Source: Planctomycetaceae bacterium (GTDB lineage: Bacteria > Planctomycetota > Planctomycetia > Planctomycetales > Planctomycetaceae). From it: a stretch of 64,000 bases of DNA. The translations under genes and the position numbers were made by a program. The stretch covers positions 43,727-107,726 of the forward strand of contig JBIIOI010000008.1 in the NCBI GenBank assembly GCA_044337025.1, read 5' to 3'. The notes beneath the pieces are model-generated. The model saw only the letters and a program-made list of their open reading frames with translations. It did not search any database and was not told the origin of the DNA. Of this stretch, positions 39,082 to 49,426 are shown piece by piece; the first letter of the stretch is position 1; each line of letters starts with the position of its first letter.

Positions 39082-39322
39082 TCGAGACCTGTAACACGAA
39101 CGGTGGATTGGACTCGCCGGAGGATAACAGGCCGCTCGACTGGAAAGAACGAAAAGACGATCCACGATGCGATTGGGACGGCAAGTGTGTTGCGGGAACG
39201 AATCCATCCGTCGGCTTTTCCGATTCCCCACTGCCCACCCCTTCTACTCGACGCCACATTGTCGAACCTTCCCGACCACGGGTAAGATCGTTGTGGTTTG
39301 TCCCTGAGTTCCGGAATCGTTC

Positions 39323-42300
39323 ATGCCCGCGATTCGTCACGATCTCGAAACGCTGCGGCGGAGTACGCTTCGCTGGATGGCGGTTCGTGGACTGGGTGCC
39401 GGGCTGGCTGCGTTGCTGATCATGGCGATCTCGCTGGGGCTGCTCGATTGCCTGATCCGCTGGCACAGCCCTGCAGCACGCTGGGGACAGACGCTGATTT
39501 GGCTGGCGGTGTCGGGCTACGTCGCGTGGCGAATCCTGCTGCTTCCTCTGCGGTCCCCTCCGAATGAGACCGATCTAGCGAAGGCCATTCATCGGCGCTG
39601 GACTCGGGAAACTCCCGATTTGATCTCGGCGACCGAATTCGAGGCCGCTGGAGTGACCGAAGAAATCGGCGCTCCGCTACTGCAGCAGGTCACCATCAGC
39701 CGGGCCCAGCTGCAACTGGCAACGGTTCCCTGGCAACAGGTCATCGACAAGCGTCCGGTGGGAATCGCCTGCGGAGCGGCGCTGCTGGGCCTCGTCGTGG
39801 CTGGGCTGCTCGTGTCGATCAAGCCCGAACTGTCAGCAATCGGTGCCATGCGACTGTTGTCGCCCACATCGACCCTCGACTGGCCCCGGCGGACGACACT
39901 GGTCTATCTGAATGCCGACTTGGAGCGAATCGACACTGCACGCGATCCGGCGTTGCGGGCGGGGCAAGGCGACCCGTTGACAATCTATGTCGAGAATCTG
40001 GAGGGGACGCTGCCCTCCAGTGTGACCTTCGAGCGACGGTCGAAGGTCGGAGCCCCGGAACGCGGTGAACTGCGGCAGACCACTTTGCGAGACAAGCAGG
40101 GCCGATCCCACACCGTGGCGGTCGCGACCCTCCCAACATCCGCCCCGTTTGAGTTCCGGGCTCAGGGCGGAGACGATGACCGGGCGGGGTGGATTGAGGT
40201 CGATGTGGTCCCGCCCCCGAAAGTTGAAACGTTTGAGATCACAATTACCCCTCCGCCCTATTCGGGTCGCACCGTCGAAACCCAAGAGAGCGGCGTCGGG
40301 CACTTGCAGGGACTCGTCGGCAGCCAGGTTCAGATCCGCTGCCGCTCGGTTGGTCCCCTCAAGTCAGTACAGATCAACCGTGGCAACGAGCCCCGGCAAA
40401 CCGTCCCGCTCGATGCCACAAAACGCGAGTTCGAGTGGTCCTGGACGATTGCGACTGCGGAACGGACGACCTATTGGCTCGATCTGGTTGACCCGTATGA
40501 CTTGAGAGCGGCCAACCCGCCGCGCTATGAGATTCGCGGAGTGGCTGACCTCGAGCCGGTCGTCACGCTGGCTGTCCCCGCGACCGACCTGCGCGTCACC
40601 TCCGAAGCCGAGATTGAGATCAGCGGCGAGGCCCGCGACGATCTGGGACTGGCCCGAGTGGAACTGGCCTACGAGATCCCGAACATCGCCGATCCAGCTG
40701 CGGGGTCAATCACGAAGACGATCCCGCTCGGCCCGGAACCGGTCGGTCCTGACAAGTCAGCAGTCACGGACCATGCGGTGAAGACGACCTGGAATCTGAC
40801 CGACTTGAAGCTGAACCCCGGGGCCCAGGTGCGGTTCTGGCTGCAGGCAACCGACCAGTACAACCTGAATGGAGCCCAGGGGCAGACCGGGCGCAGCGCG
40901 ACACGCATCCTGTCGATCCTGAGTGAGCCCGACAAACGCCAGGAGCTAGCCGCCCGGCAGACCCAGCTGGCCGACCAGATATCCCAGCTGCGCGACAAGC
41001 AGGAGTCCCTGACGGAGACGACCCGCGAGCTGACCAAGCAGTGGAACGCCGTCGGCGAGCTGCGGCCCTCGGAGCAGGTGGAACTGGATCGAGTCCAGAC
41101 CGATCAGCGTGATCTGGCTCAGAATCTGGCAGCCACGCCGCGAGGCGTCCTCACCGAGCTACGGGCCCTGCAGAAGGAGCTGTCGCAGAATCGGATCACC
41201 GCTCCGGAGATCGCGGAATCGCTGGCGAAATGGGAGGCCGGAATGACCCCACTCACAGAGCAGACCTTGCCACAAGTCGACCAGAAGCTCGACGCAGCCC
41301 GGCAGGCCGCAGCCCCCAAGCCGGGTGGCAAGACTCCTCCTCAAGAGCAGACAGCGGCGAACCTGGAGCAGGCCCTTGCCGGGCAGCAGCAGACGCTCGA
41401 TGAACTCAGCCAGCTGTCGAATGAACTGGCCCAGTGGCAGAGGGATAAGGACCTGGAGTCGAAGTTTGCAGAGCTGGCCGGCAAGCAGGCAGCGCTCCGC
41501 GAGCAATCGCTGAATGTCGGGAAGCAGACCTCCGGGAAGACTGTGCCGGACCTTTCGTCTCAGGAGCAGGCGGACCTCGCCCGCGCCGCGGATCGCCAGG
41601 CGAATCTGGCTCGTGACGTTGAACAGCTCGCCTCGCAACTGGCGGCCGCAGCTGAAAAGACCGAGAACGGGCCGCAGCAGAATGAAGCCTTTGGTGAGAT
41701 GGCCAAGCGGCTGACCGAGCAGGCCGTCGCAGCTGCGATGCGGGGTATCGCGGATGAACTGCGTCAGAATCATGTTCAGTCGGCCACCGAGGCCCAGCAG
41801 AAGCTGCTCGACTCGCTGGACGAGATGCGCAAGGAGATGGACCGCAGCAAATCGCTGGCAGCGCAATCGCAGGTCGAAGAACTTCGCAAGCAGGTCGACG
41901 ACATCGAGTACCTGGAGAATCGCCAGGAAGAGATGATCAAGCGGACCGAGGCACTGGCTTCGCCCACAGCCGATACCAACCGGCAAGCAGAACTCGAACA
42001 GCTGATGAAGCTCGAGAAGGAGATTGCGCAGCAGACATCGCAGCTGGCTCAGAAGCTGAGGAAGGAACAGCGGCGGAGTGCTTCTCAAGCGGCTCAGCGA
42101 GCCAACCGGCAGATGAACGAGGCGACCGAGACGCTGGAGAATGAACAGATTGCCGATTCGCTGGAGCGGCAGCGGGAAGCCTTGGATGAGCTGGAACAGG
42201 CGCAGGAGTCGCTCCAGCAGGAGCTGGCCAATGCCCAGCAGCAGGCGGAGCAACAGGCCCTGACCGCCGCCGCGCTTCTGGTGACTTCGCTGCTCGAACG

Positions 42301-42913
42301 GGCAAAGTCGACACGCGATGAGACGATCCGGCTGGAGGAATTGCGAGTCAGCAGTGGCAAGTGGTCACGCAGCCAGCTCAAGTCGGTTCAGCAGGCCGCT
42401 GAAGCTCAGCGTGAGATTGCCGACAGTGTTCGCGAAGCCGGTCAGGACCTCGGTTCGGAAGGAGTGCTGAACCTGTGCCTGGAACTGGCAAATGAACACT
42501 TCGGGGCCGCTGCAACCCGGCTGGCAGAACGCGATGCGGGGCTTGGAACGCAGTCGCAGCAATTGGCAGGGGAGTCGCTGCTGCAGCAGTTCCTCGCCAG
42601 TCTGGAGACTCCTGACCCGACTTCGCAGCCACCATCGCCCCCGGGCGAGAACGGCGAGGGAGAGCCCCAGGGCGGTGATGAAGCCGGGCAACAGTCGGCG
42701 TCGCCGTTACTTGCCGTCGAAGTGCGGCTGCTCTTGGGAATGCAGCAAGGCTTGCTGACACGGACGCAGGCTCTGAACACTCTCAAGGCTCAAGGCCACG
42801 AACTGACCCCCGATCAGGTCACCGAAGTGAAACAGCTGCGAGACCGCCAGAAGCGCTTGGTCGAAACAGCCCGTCAGATGGTCCGGGAAGAAGCGATGGA
42901 GGCGTTGCCATGA
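39323..42913 (+). CDS. large hypothetical membrane-anchored protein (N-terminal double TM, beta-rich region, about 600-aa Gln/Ala/Glu-rich coiled coil); DUF4175-like architecture
   Basis: 1196 aa. Two TM helices lie near the N-terminus (LGAGLAALLIMAISLGLL; LIWLAVSGYVAWRILLL). The central to C-terminal region has long heptad-like Q/A/E/L-rich stretches. Confidence 0.6.
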   Translation: MPAIRHDLETLRRSTLRWMAVRGLGAGLAALLIMAISLGLLDCLIRWHSPAARWGQTLIWLAVSGYVAWRILLLPLRSPPNETDLAKAIHRRWTRETPDLISATEFEAAGVTEEIGAPLLQQVTISRAQLQLATVPWQQVIDKRPVGIACGAALLGLVVAGLLVSIKPELSAIGAMRLLSPTSTLDWPRRTTLVYLNADLERIDTARDPALRAGQGDPLTIYVENLEGTLPSSVTFERRSKVGAPERGELRQTTLRDKQGRSHTVAVATLPTSAPFEFRAQGGDDDRAGWIEVDVVPPPKVETFEITITPPPYSGRTVETQESGVGHLQGLVGSQVQIRCRSVGPLKSVQINRGNEPRQTVPLDATKREFEWSWTIATAERTTYWLDLVDPYDLRAANPPRYEIRGVADLEPVVTLAVPATDLRVTSEAEIEISGEARDDLGLARVELAYEIPNIADPAAGSITKTIPLGPEPVGPDKSAVTDHAVKTTWNLTDLKLNPGAQVRFWLQATDQYNLNGAQGQTGRSATRILSILSEPDKRQELAARQTQLADQISQLRDKQESLTETTRELTKQWNAVGELRPSEQVELDRVQTDQRDLAQNLAATPRGVLTELRALQKELSQNRITAPEIAESLAKWEAGMTPLTEQTLPQVDQKLDAARQAAAPKPGGKTPPQEQTAANLEQALAGQQQTLDELSQLSNELAQWQRDKDLESKFAELAGKQAALREQSLNVGKQTSGKTVPDLSSQEQADLARAADRQANLARDVEQLASQLAAAAEKTENGPQQNEAFGEMAKRLTEQAVAAAMRGIADELRQNHVQSATEAQQKLLDSLDEMRKEMDRSKSLAAQSQVEELRKQVDDIEYLENRQEEMIKRTEALASPTADTNRQAELEQLMKLEKEIAQQTSQLAQKLRKEQRRSASQAAQRANRQMNEATETLENEQIADSLERQREALDELEQAQESLQQELANAQQQAEQQALTAAALLVTSLLERAKSTRDETIRLEELRVSSGKWSRSQLKSVQQAAEAQREIADSVREAGQDLGSEGVLNLCLELANEHFGAAATRLAERDAGLGTQSQQLAGESLLQQFLASLETPDPTSQPPSPPGENGEGEPQGGDEAGQQSASPLLAVEVRLLLGMQQGLLTRTQALNTLKAQGHELTPDQVTEVKQLRDRQKRLVETARQMVREEAMEALP

Positions 42914-43635
42914 CGAACTCTCTGAGATCGATTGAGTTGTGCGGCGCCTTGGTGCTGGGGCTGTCGTGCTTCGTGTATTGCGCCGAGCCCGTGAAGCCAC
43001 CAGCCGAGACGACGCAGGAACCCGATCCGCTCAAGGAGGTCTCGGATCTGGCTGTGCCGGAAGCGACGGACGACAAGCCAGCGGAGCCGACTCCGCCAGA
43101 CGTTCCCGGCGGCGCTGAGACGTTGCTGGGGGGGGAGGAAGACCCGCTGAAGCTGCTCGATGAAGCTCTGGCTGCCATGGACGAGGCCGCCGAGGAACTG
43201 GCGGGCGATACGACGACCGACAAAGCGGTCGAGCATCAGGAACACGCCATCGAACAACTCAAAAAGCTGTTGGAGGCGGCTCAGCAGTCGCAATCGAAAC
43301 AGCAGCAAAGCTCGAAGAAGAACTCGTCGAGCCAGGGGCAGCCGCAAGATCACTCGCAGGGGCAGGACCCGCAGCAGTCTTCGTCCGATCCGATGGGAGC
43401 CAGCGGGAAGCGTCGGCAGGATGACGACAAGTCGGGAGATGCGAGCGAGCGCGTCGACGGAGCGACCCAGGCGTCGGACGGTGCTCTGGGCCCCGGCGGC
43501 AAGACCAACGCCGTGTGGGGGCACTTGCCTCCCCGCGAGCAGGAAGCGCTGTTTCGTTCGCTGAGCGACAAGTTCCTTCCCGAATATGAAGCGATGATCC
43601 GCAAGTACTACGAGACTCTCGCCGAAGAGAAGTAA
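42910..43635 (+). CDS. hypothetical secreted acidic/Gln-rich protein, translationally coupled (ATGA overlap) to the preceding gene
   Basis: 241 aa. The signal peptide is MTNSLRSIELCGALVLGLSCFVYCAEP. The protein is rich in D/E and has a Q/S-rich stretch (QQSQSKQQQSSKKNSSSQGQPQDHSQGQDPQQSSSD). Confidence 0.5.
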   Translation: MTNSLRSIELCGALVLGLSCFVYCAEPVKPPAETTQEPDPLKEVSDLAVPEATDDKPAEPTPPDVPGGAETLLGGEEDPLKLLDEALAAMDEAAEELAGDTTTDKAVEHQEHAIEQLKKLLEAAQQSQSKQQQSSKKNSSSQGQPQDHSQGQDPQQSSSDPMGASGKRRQDDDKSGDASERVDGATQASDGALGPGGKTNAVWGHLPPREQEALFRSLSDKFLPEYEAMIRKYYETLAEEK

Positions 43636-43690
43636 CCCGGTCGTCGCCTGACTGGCGACTCACATTCCTCACTGCCAAGCAACCTCCCTC

Positions 43691-44188
43691 ATGTCCCGCA
43701 TCGGTCTCTACGCTGGCTCCTTCGACCCCGTCACGCTGGGCCATCTCGACATCATTCGGAGAGGAGCACGGCTCGTCGATCAGCTGATCGTCAGCGTGGG
43801 TATCAACCCGGATAAGAAGCCGCTGTTCACCTCGACCGAGCGTGTCGAGATGTTGCGCAGTGTGCTGGGAGATGTCACGAATGTCGAAGTCGACTGCTTC
43901 GAAGGCCTGACCGTTGACCACGTTCACCGCCGGGGAGCGATCGTCATGATCCGCGGCATTCGGACCGTCTCCGACATCGAATCGGAATTCACGATGGCCC
44001 TGACCAATCGGACGCTCTCTCCGAATGTGGAGACGGTGTTCCTGATGGCCAGTGAGAAGTACTCGCACATCTCCAGTACGCTCATCAAGCAGATCGCCCA
44101 GATGGGTCGCGGGCACAGCCGCAATCAGTTGCAGCAGTTCGTGCCCCAGGAGATTGTCGACCCGCTGCTGAAGAAGGTGCGGGGATAG
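43691..44188 (+). CDS. coaD: phosphopantetheine adenylyltransferase
   Basis: MSRIGLYAGSFDPVTLGHLDIIRRG is the HxGH-type nucleotidyltransferase motif. 165 aa. Confidence 0.95.
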   Translation: MSRIGLYAGSFDPVTLGHLDIIRRGARLVDQLIVSVGINPDKKPLFTSTERVEMLRSVLGDVTNVEVDCFEGLTVDHVHRRGAIVMIRGIRTVSDIESEFTMALTNRTLSPNVETVFLMASEKYSHISSTLIKQIAQMGRGHSRNQLQQFVPQEIVDPLLKKVRG

Positions 44189-44225
44189 CGGAACGGAACC
44201 GGATGGAGTTGTGTGCCTTGAGTCG

Positions 44226-45428
44226 TCAATACTTGACCACCCGCCGCAGTACCCAGACCGCCACGACTCCCAGCACCAGATTCCCCAGCCACATGCCGAT
44301 CAGCGGATCAACATTCCCCTTCTTCGCCTGCGTCATCATCCCCAGCACCAGCGGGTAGTACACAGCCACGATCGGTCCAAAGCAGAACAGGAAGCTCGTC
44401 AGGAACTGGTTCTTCCCTTGCCAGACCGCAAAAGGGCCGCCGAGCAGCGCGAAGAAGAAACAGCTGCAGGCCAAGGCGTAGCGGCTGTGCTTTTCGGTGT
44501 GGAGTTTGTGGTACCAGCCGGTCCGTTCCTTGAGGCTCTTGCTCGTCGAGGACGGAGCGGCAAGCGCATCGAAGTCTCCGAGCGTCAGGGCAAACAGGGA
44601 CTCGATCGTCTGACGATCCTGCGTGCGGGCCGTCTCCTGAGCAACCGTGGCCATCTCCTCATCGATCTGGGTCACCGCGAGATAGCGGGCCTTCGGCTTG
44701 CGGGCATCTCCGTCCCAGGGGAAGGTCAACGACAGCTTGTCCCGGTTTCGCAGGCTCTGGTTTCCCGGCAGAGTGCCATACCAGTTCTTGAGCGTGACCT
44801 GGACTTTGCGAATCTTGGGTTGCAGGTGAATCGTGGCTGTCTCGGCCCGGATCGTGGTCCAGCTTTCCGGCTCGTCTCCTTTGGACTTCTTGCGCATCTG
44901 AATCACCGGGCGAATCAGATCGTGCTCATCGATTCCAGCGACTGTGATGATGATCCCGTGCTTGGGGTCTTTGAAGCCGTTCTGCGATCGGAGCTTCTCG
45001 AACAGGATGTCTTCCATGGCCCGGACGATCGTGCGTTCAATCTGCGTCTCGGCCCAGGGGATGACCTGATCGGTCAGGAACAGCGACACCACGCTCAGGA
45101 ACCCACCCAGAATCAGCGAGGGCCAGAGCAGCGACATGACGCTGATTCCCGCAGCCTTGGCGGCGGTGACCTCATGATCACCCGAGAGTCGACCGTAGAC
45201 CAGGCAGACCGTCATCAGCAGTGCCGCCGGAATCGTGAACGGCATCATGCTGGGGATGACGTAGGGCAGGATCAGCAGCGTATGCTCGATGCTGAGCCCC
45301 TTTTCCATCGCCTGCTGGATCACCCCGGCGAAGATGGTCAGGACCGTGACCGCCGACAACACAAACAGAAACGCGCGCGTCAGCTCTCCGAAGACGTATC
45401 TCTGAATCAGAGGGATGGGAGAGAACAT
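44226..45428 (-). CDS. LptF/LptG-family (YjgP/YjgQ) permease
   Basis: 400 aa. The N-terminus is MFSPIPLIQRYVFGELTRAFLFVL. It has six TM helices with a central periplasmic beta-jellyroll-like insert. Confidence 0.8.
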   Translation of the reverse strand: MFSPIPLIQRYVFGELTRAFLFVLSAVTVLTIFAGVIQQAMEKGLSIEHTLLILPYVIPSMMPFTIPAALLMTVCLVYGRLSGDHEVTAAKAAGISVMSLLWPSLILGGFLSVVSLFLTDQVIPWAETQIERTIVRAMEDILFEKLRSQNGFKDPKHGIIITVAGIDEHDLIRPVIQMRKKSKGDEPESWTTIRAETATIHLQPKIRKVQVTLKNWYGTLPGNQSLRNRDKLSLTFPWDGDARKPKARYLAVTQIDEEMATVAQETARTQDRQTIESLFALTLGDFDALAAPSSTSKSLKERTGWYHKLHTEKHSRYALACSCFFFALLGGPFAVWQGKNQFLTSFLFCFGPIVAVYYPLVLGMMTQAKKGNVDPLIGMWLGNLVLGVVAVWVLRRVVKY

Positions 45429-45585
45429 GGGTCAGCGCACAACGGTGGCGGGGGATTCCTCGTGAATCGCATCGGTCGTATACTCCGGAACGGAAAAAAT
45501 GGTCAAGGTGAGTCGGTGATTTATGACTGTGGGGAGTGGGCAGTGGGCAACCTGAAACAGGAGGTCTTCGGTCGAAGACTGCGGA

Positions 45586-47031
45586 TCACGAACCGAATGC
45601 CAACTTCGATAGCCACGGAACTGGCAGGTCGGGCTGGATGAGCGGGACGGGTCTCCCAAGTCGTTTGAGGACGTTCTCCGCAGCCAGATATCCGCTGCGG
45701 ACAGCTCCCTCCATCGTTGCGGGCCAGCCGGTTTGGGTCCAGTCGCCCGCCAGCTGGAGATTCTCGATCGGACTCTGCTGGACCGGTCGGAGGGCATCAA
45801 TTCCGGGCGTGACCGAAAAGACCGCTCGTCGCTCGACCACGACTCGACCGCGCAGGAGTTTCGCATCGCGGGCCTCCGGCCAGATCGCCCGCAACTCATC
45901 CGCGACAGCACTGATCGTCGCCTCGTGCCCCAGAGCTTCGACATCGCGGCTGGCACTGATGACCACCTGGCAGTACCAGCTGTCCTCTCTGGCTCCCCTC
46001 TCCCCCTGGGAGAGGGGCTGGGGGTCAGGGTACGTGACCTGCGAGTCGACCGACCGGTTAAACATCCACTGCCCCAGTCGATCAACCAGCACCGCATGCC
46101 GCAGGTTCGTCAGCGGGCGATCAAACCACAGGTGAACACTGGCGATCGGGGCTGTCTCCATGGTCACGAGCTTCGACCAAAAGCCTTCCAGGTCCCCTCT
46201 CCCCCCGCGGACCATCGGAATCAGGCGATACGGAGGGACAGCTGCAATCAACTCTTGAACGTCGATCGACTCCCCAGCCCGAGTCGTGACGTGCGTCACG
46301 CGCTGGCCATCACTGTGAACCACTTCGACGCCGCTCGACCGCTCGATTGTCACCCCGTGCGAGGTCAGCCAGGTGGCGGCATATTGGTCATACAGCTCGG
46401 TCAACGACACGGTCGGGATCAACACCTCCCACCCGGAGCGGTTGCGGGCGAACCCATCCAGCAGGACCTTGCGGGCATAGGCGGCATCGATTCGGTCGAG
46501 CGTCTCACTCAAGGCACTGACCAGCACCAGATGCCAGAACCCGCTTCGCACCCGCTCGCCCTGCCCTGCTTGATCCAGCCAGTCTGAGAGCCGCTGCCCG
46601 CGCAGCTTCTCGGTGGGAGTCCGCAGCAGCTTCGACAACCCGCGCAGCAGCTGCAGCCTTTCTCCCCAGTTCATCCAGTGCAGCGAAGCCAGTGACGGGA
46701 ACAGATGCAGTGGAGCTGGGAGCGGGCTGGCCCGCATGACCGTCGAGCGCCCCGTCGGTCCAATAAACGTCAGCTCGGTCTCGCGCTGAAAGCAGTCGCC
46801 AGCTCCGATTGTCTCACAGAAATGAGTCAGATTGGTGCAGCAGCCCATGCTGACGTGCTGGCAGTTATCGAGAACTTCGCCGGTCTCCGGATCAACAAAC
46901 GATGAGGCCCGCCCGCCCAGCTGTTGCCTCAGTTCCAACAGGCGGCAGGCGATCCCTTGCGAGGCCAGCCCCACCGCAGCTGCGAGTCCGGCCAGTCCAC
47001 CGCCGACGATGATCACTGGAGGGGTGGACAT
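45586..47031 (-). CDS. FAD-dependent amine-oxidase/phytoene-desaturase-family oxidoreductase (HpnE-like)
   Basis: MSTPPVIIVGGGLAGLAAAVGLASQG is a dinucleotide-binding motif. ...LGGRASSF follows. ATG was mapped to 47029-47031. Confidence 0.65.
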   Translation of the reverse strand: MSTPPVIIVGGGLAGLAAAVGLASQGIACRLLELRQQLGGRASSFVDPETGEVLDNCQHVSMGCCTNLTHFCETIGAGDCFQRETELTFIGPTGRSTVMRASPLPAPLHLFPSLASLHWMNWGERLQLLRGLSKLLRTPTEKLRGQRLSDWLDQAGQGERVRSGFWHLVLVSALSETLDRIDAAYARKVLLDGFARNRSGWEVLIPTVSLTELYDQYAATWLTSHGVTIERSSGVEVVHSDGQRVTHVTTRAGESIDVQELIAAVPPYRLIPMVRGGRGDLEGFWSKLVTMETAPIASVHLWFDRPLTNLRHAVLVDRLGQWMFNRSVDSQVTYPDPQPLSQGERGAREDSWYCQVVISASRDVEALGHEATISAVADELRAIWPEARDAKLLRGRVVVERRAVFSVTPGIDALRPVQQSPIENLQLAGDWTQTGWPATMEGAVRSGYLAAENVLKRLGRPVPLIQPDLPVPWLSKLAFGS

Positions 47032-47518
47032 GGGGAGTGTCGAACGGTTGTCAGCGGCGCGGGAGGGCGAAAAGCCCCGCAGCACTCTACCGGCCACCGC
47101 CTATTGCCTCAATCGGATGACCGGAATGGCCGCTGAGTGACGCCTGGCAGACAGCGTTCCCACGAGCCGCGAGGCACCTCCTCCGTCACAATCGTTCCAT
47201 CTGGTCGCGAAAACGCAACAGAAAGATGTTGCCTGACTGCAACCTGTGTCGTAGGTTTGGTGACCCTTCAATTCGTTGCTCCCAGCTGAGTCCTCTTTCC
47301 CGGTCGTGGATGTTCGGGATGTGAGGACCGCGATGCCTTGTGGCTTTCCCGCCACAGGGTGTCACCGTGATGTTCCTTGGCGACCTGTCCGGTCCCGGGC
47401 TTGCGGTGGAGCACGTCTATTCCTCTGGACTCGCTTCGCCAGCTGCCTCGGATCTCAGATTGCCGCGTCCGCCCATTCGCCGGACGACGTCTGTCCAGAA
47501 CTGCCCCCGAGGCTCCCG

Positions 47519-48916
47519 ATGACTTACCACGGTTCACTGCTGGTTGTTGATGATGATCGCCATATCTGCGAGGCCATGGCGGACTATCTCCGCAGTCTCG
47601 GCCATCGCACCGAAACTTCGGTCAACTGCCGCGATGCGATGACCCGCATGAAGGAGTTCAACTTCGATGCGGTCATCTGCGACGTGAACCTGCCCGACCA
47701 GGACGGGTTCCAGTTGCTGGAATGGGCCGTCCAGGCCAAGCCCGATACAGCGGTCATTCTGCTGACGGGTTATGGCACGATCGAAAGTGCCGTCGAGGCG
47801 ATCCGCCTGGGTGCCTTCGATTACTTGACCAAGCCGGTCATTGATGACGAGCTCAACTTCTCGATCCAGCGTGCCCTGGGCCAGAAGAAGATCGTCGAAG
47901 AGAACAAGAAGCTGAAGAAGCAGCTCGATGAGAAGTTCGGGCTCTCGCACATCATCGGCCGCGACTACAAGATGGCCAAGATGTTCGACCTGCTGGAAAG
48001 CGTCTCCGACACGCGGACCACAGTGCTGATCCTCGGCGAGAACGGGACTGGGAAGACAATCACGGCCCGCTCGATTCACCAGCTCAGCAGCCGCCGCGAC
48101 AAGCCATTTATTGAAGTCGCCTGCGGTGCTCTGCCCGATACACTGCTTGAGAGCGAGCTGTTCGGTCACGTGGCCGGGTCGTTCACCGGAGCCACTCACG
48201 ACAAGCCCGGCAAGTTCCTGCAAGCCGACGGCGGCACACTGTTCCTCGACGAAATCGGGACCGCTTCGCCCAGCCTGCAGGTCAAGCTGCTGCGGGTACT
48301 GCAGGATCGCGAGTTCGAGCCGGTCGGCGGCAACAAGACCTACAAGGTCGATGTCCGGCTGGTTCTGGCCACGAACGAGAACCTCGAAGAGCGGGTCAAA
48401 CGCGGCGAGTTCCGCCAGGACCTGTTCTACCGCATCAACGTGATCTCGATCACTCAGCCCCCATTGCGGGAACGGATCGGCGACATCCCGCTCCTCATCG
48501 AACACTACCTGCAGGAGTTCAACGACCAGAACGGCAAGCGGGTCAAGGGATTCGAAGAGGACGCGATCCAGCTGCTGCAGCGCTACCAGTGGCCCGGCAA
48601 CGTTCGCGAGCTGGTCAACGTGGTCGAGCGCGCGGTCGTGCTGTCCAAGGGCGAAATGATCAGCATCGGCGAGCTGCCCGAAGTGATCCGCCGCGACCAG
48701 ATCGATGTGTCGGGTGCGGTCAATCGCCTGTCGGGTGGCAACCTGAAGTCAGCCCTCGCCAATCCCGAGCGGCAGATCATCATCGAGGCCCTGGAGTCGA
48801 ACGGCTGGAACCGCCAGGAAACAGCCCGCCTGCTCGGGATCAATCGCACGACGCTCTACAAAAAGATGAAGAAGTACGACATCGAGTACGAATCGCATGT
48901 GGAGATTGGGATCTAA
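47519..48916 (+). CDS. sigma-54-dependent response regulator (NtrC/Fis family bEBP: REC + AAA+ + HTH)
   Basis: LLVVDDD...D(54)VNLPD is the receiver domain. GENGTGKT (Walker A) and GAFTGA-like GSFTGA are present. The C-terminal Fis-type HTH is [23 protein letters not shown] was mapped to 47519. Confidence 0.9.
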   Translation: MTYHGSLLVVDDDRHICEAMADYLRSLGHRTETSVNCRDAMTRMKEFNFDAVICDVNLPDQDGFQLLEWAVQAKPDTAVILLTGYGTIESAVEAIRLGAFDYLTKPVIDDELNFSIQRALGQKKIVEENKKLKKQLDEKFGLSHIIGRDYKMAKMFDLLESVSDTRTTVLILGENGTGKTITARSIHQLSSRRDKPFIEVACGALPDTLLESELFGHVAGSFTGATHDKPGKFLQADGGTLFLDEIGTASPSLQVKLLRVLQDREFEPVGGNKTYKVDVRLVLATNENLEERVKRGEFRQDLFYRINVISITQPPLRERIGDIPLLIEHYLQEFNDQNGKRVKGFEEDAIQLLQRYQWPGNVRELVNVVERAVVLSKGEMISIGELPEVIRRDQIDVSGAVNRLSGGNLKSALANPERQIIIEALESNGWNRQETARLLGINRTTLYKKMKKYDIEYESHVEIGI

Positions 48917-48950
48917 CGGTCGGCGGTTTTGCGGTTGATGGCCCTCCGTT

Positions 48951-48986
48951 CCGCAGTCGGACGCTCCTTGCGTGTTCCGACTGCGG
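48951..48986 (+). terminator. hairpin (11-bp stem CCGCAGTCGGA/TCCGACTGCGG, 14-nt loop) 35 nt after the regulator stop, followed within 30 nt by a T5 run
   Basis: Seen in the sequence. Confidence 0.5.
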
Positions 48987-49058
48987 TTGAGGTCCAACAG
49001 GGCGTAGTAGTTTTTGATTTCGAAGCTCGGGGATCTGTCAGGCAACACAAAACTGCTA

Positions 49059-49196
49059 TTCATCCCGAAGGGATGAGAGATCATAGCCGGTGGCCGAGCG
49101 CAGCGAGTCCACCGGTCATGATCCGCTTGCCAATCCATCCCGGCGGGATGGGAGAGGGGCAGTTCGCCGGAGCGTTCTCGCATCCCTGCCGGGATG
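49059..49196. promoter_or_regulatory. three palindromes with the shared core CATCCC-N3/4-GGGATG (49059-49075, 49134-49150, 49179-49196); candidate regulator-binding (UAS) sites
   Basis: Seen in the sequence. They lie between the sigma-54 activator gene and the metzincin-like gene and are spaced about 75 and about 45 bp apart. Confidence 0.4.
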
Positions 49197-49426
49197 CCAA
49201 TCGCCAGCGCTCCGTGTCCGGTGGTTTCGCGACCGCTCAACCACCGGCTATTCTCTCTGACCCCATCCGGGGTCGAAGAGCAGGCACTTCGAGTTTCCGT
49301 AGAAACCGAAATCCCCTCCTACATCCGTTCAACGTTTCCCGTCCAGACCCCAGGCACCAGGCGACTCATCGTTCGTCAGTCGGTAAGATTCCGAATCCTG
49401 CCGCTGACTTCGTGTGAGAGCTGTCC

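Noticed and set aside
38137-39231. Full 364-aa extent of the miaA ORF from the first in-frame start
   Set aside because: The N-terminal 50 residues (MGNRKSRRMDSFPQHTCRPNRIV…) are non-conserved and Arg/Cys/Pro-rich. MiaA normally begins a few residues before the P-loop. A GTG near 39081 is more plausible, but the start remains uncertain.
41159-42253. 364-aa minus-strand Leu/Arg-rich ORF
   Set aside because: It is antisense to the coiled-coil region of the 1196-aa protein. The mirror-image low complexity is expected.
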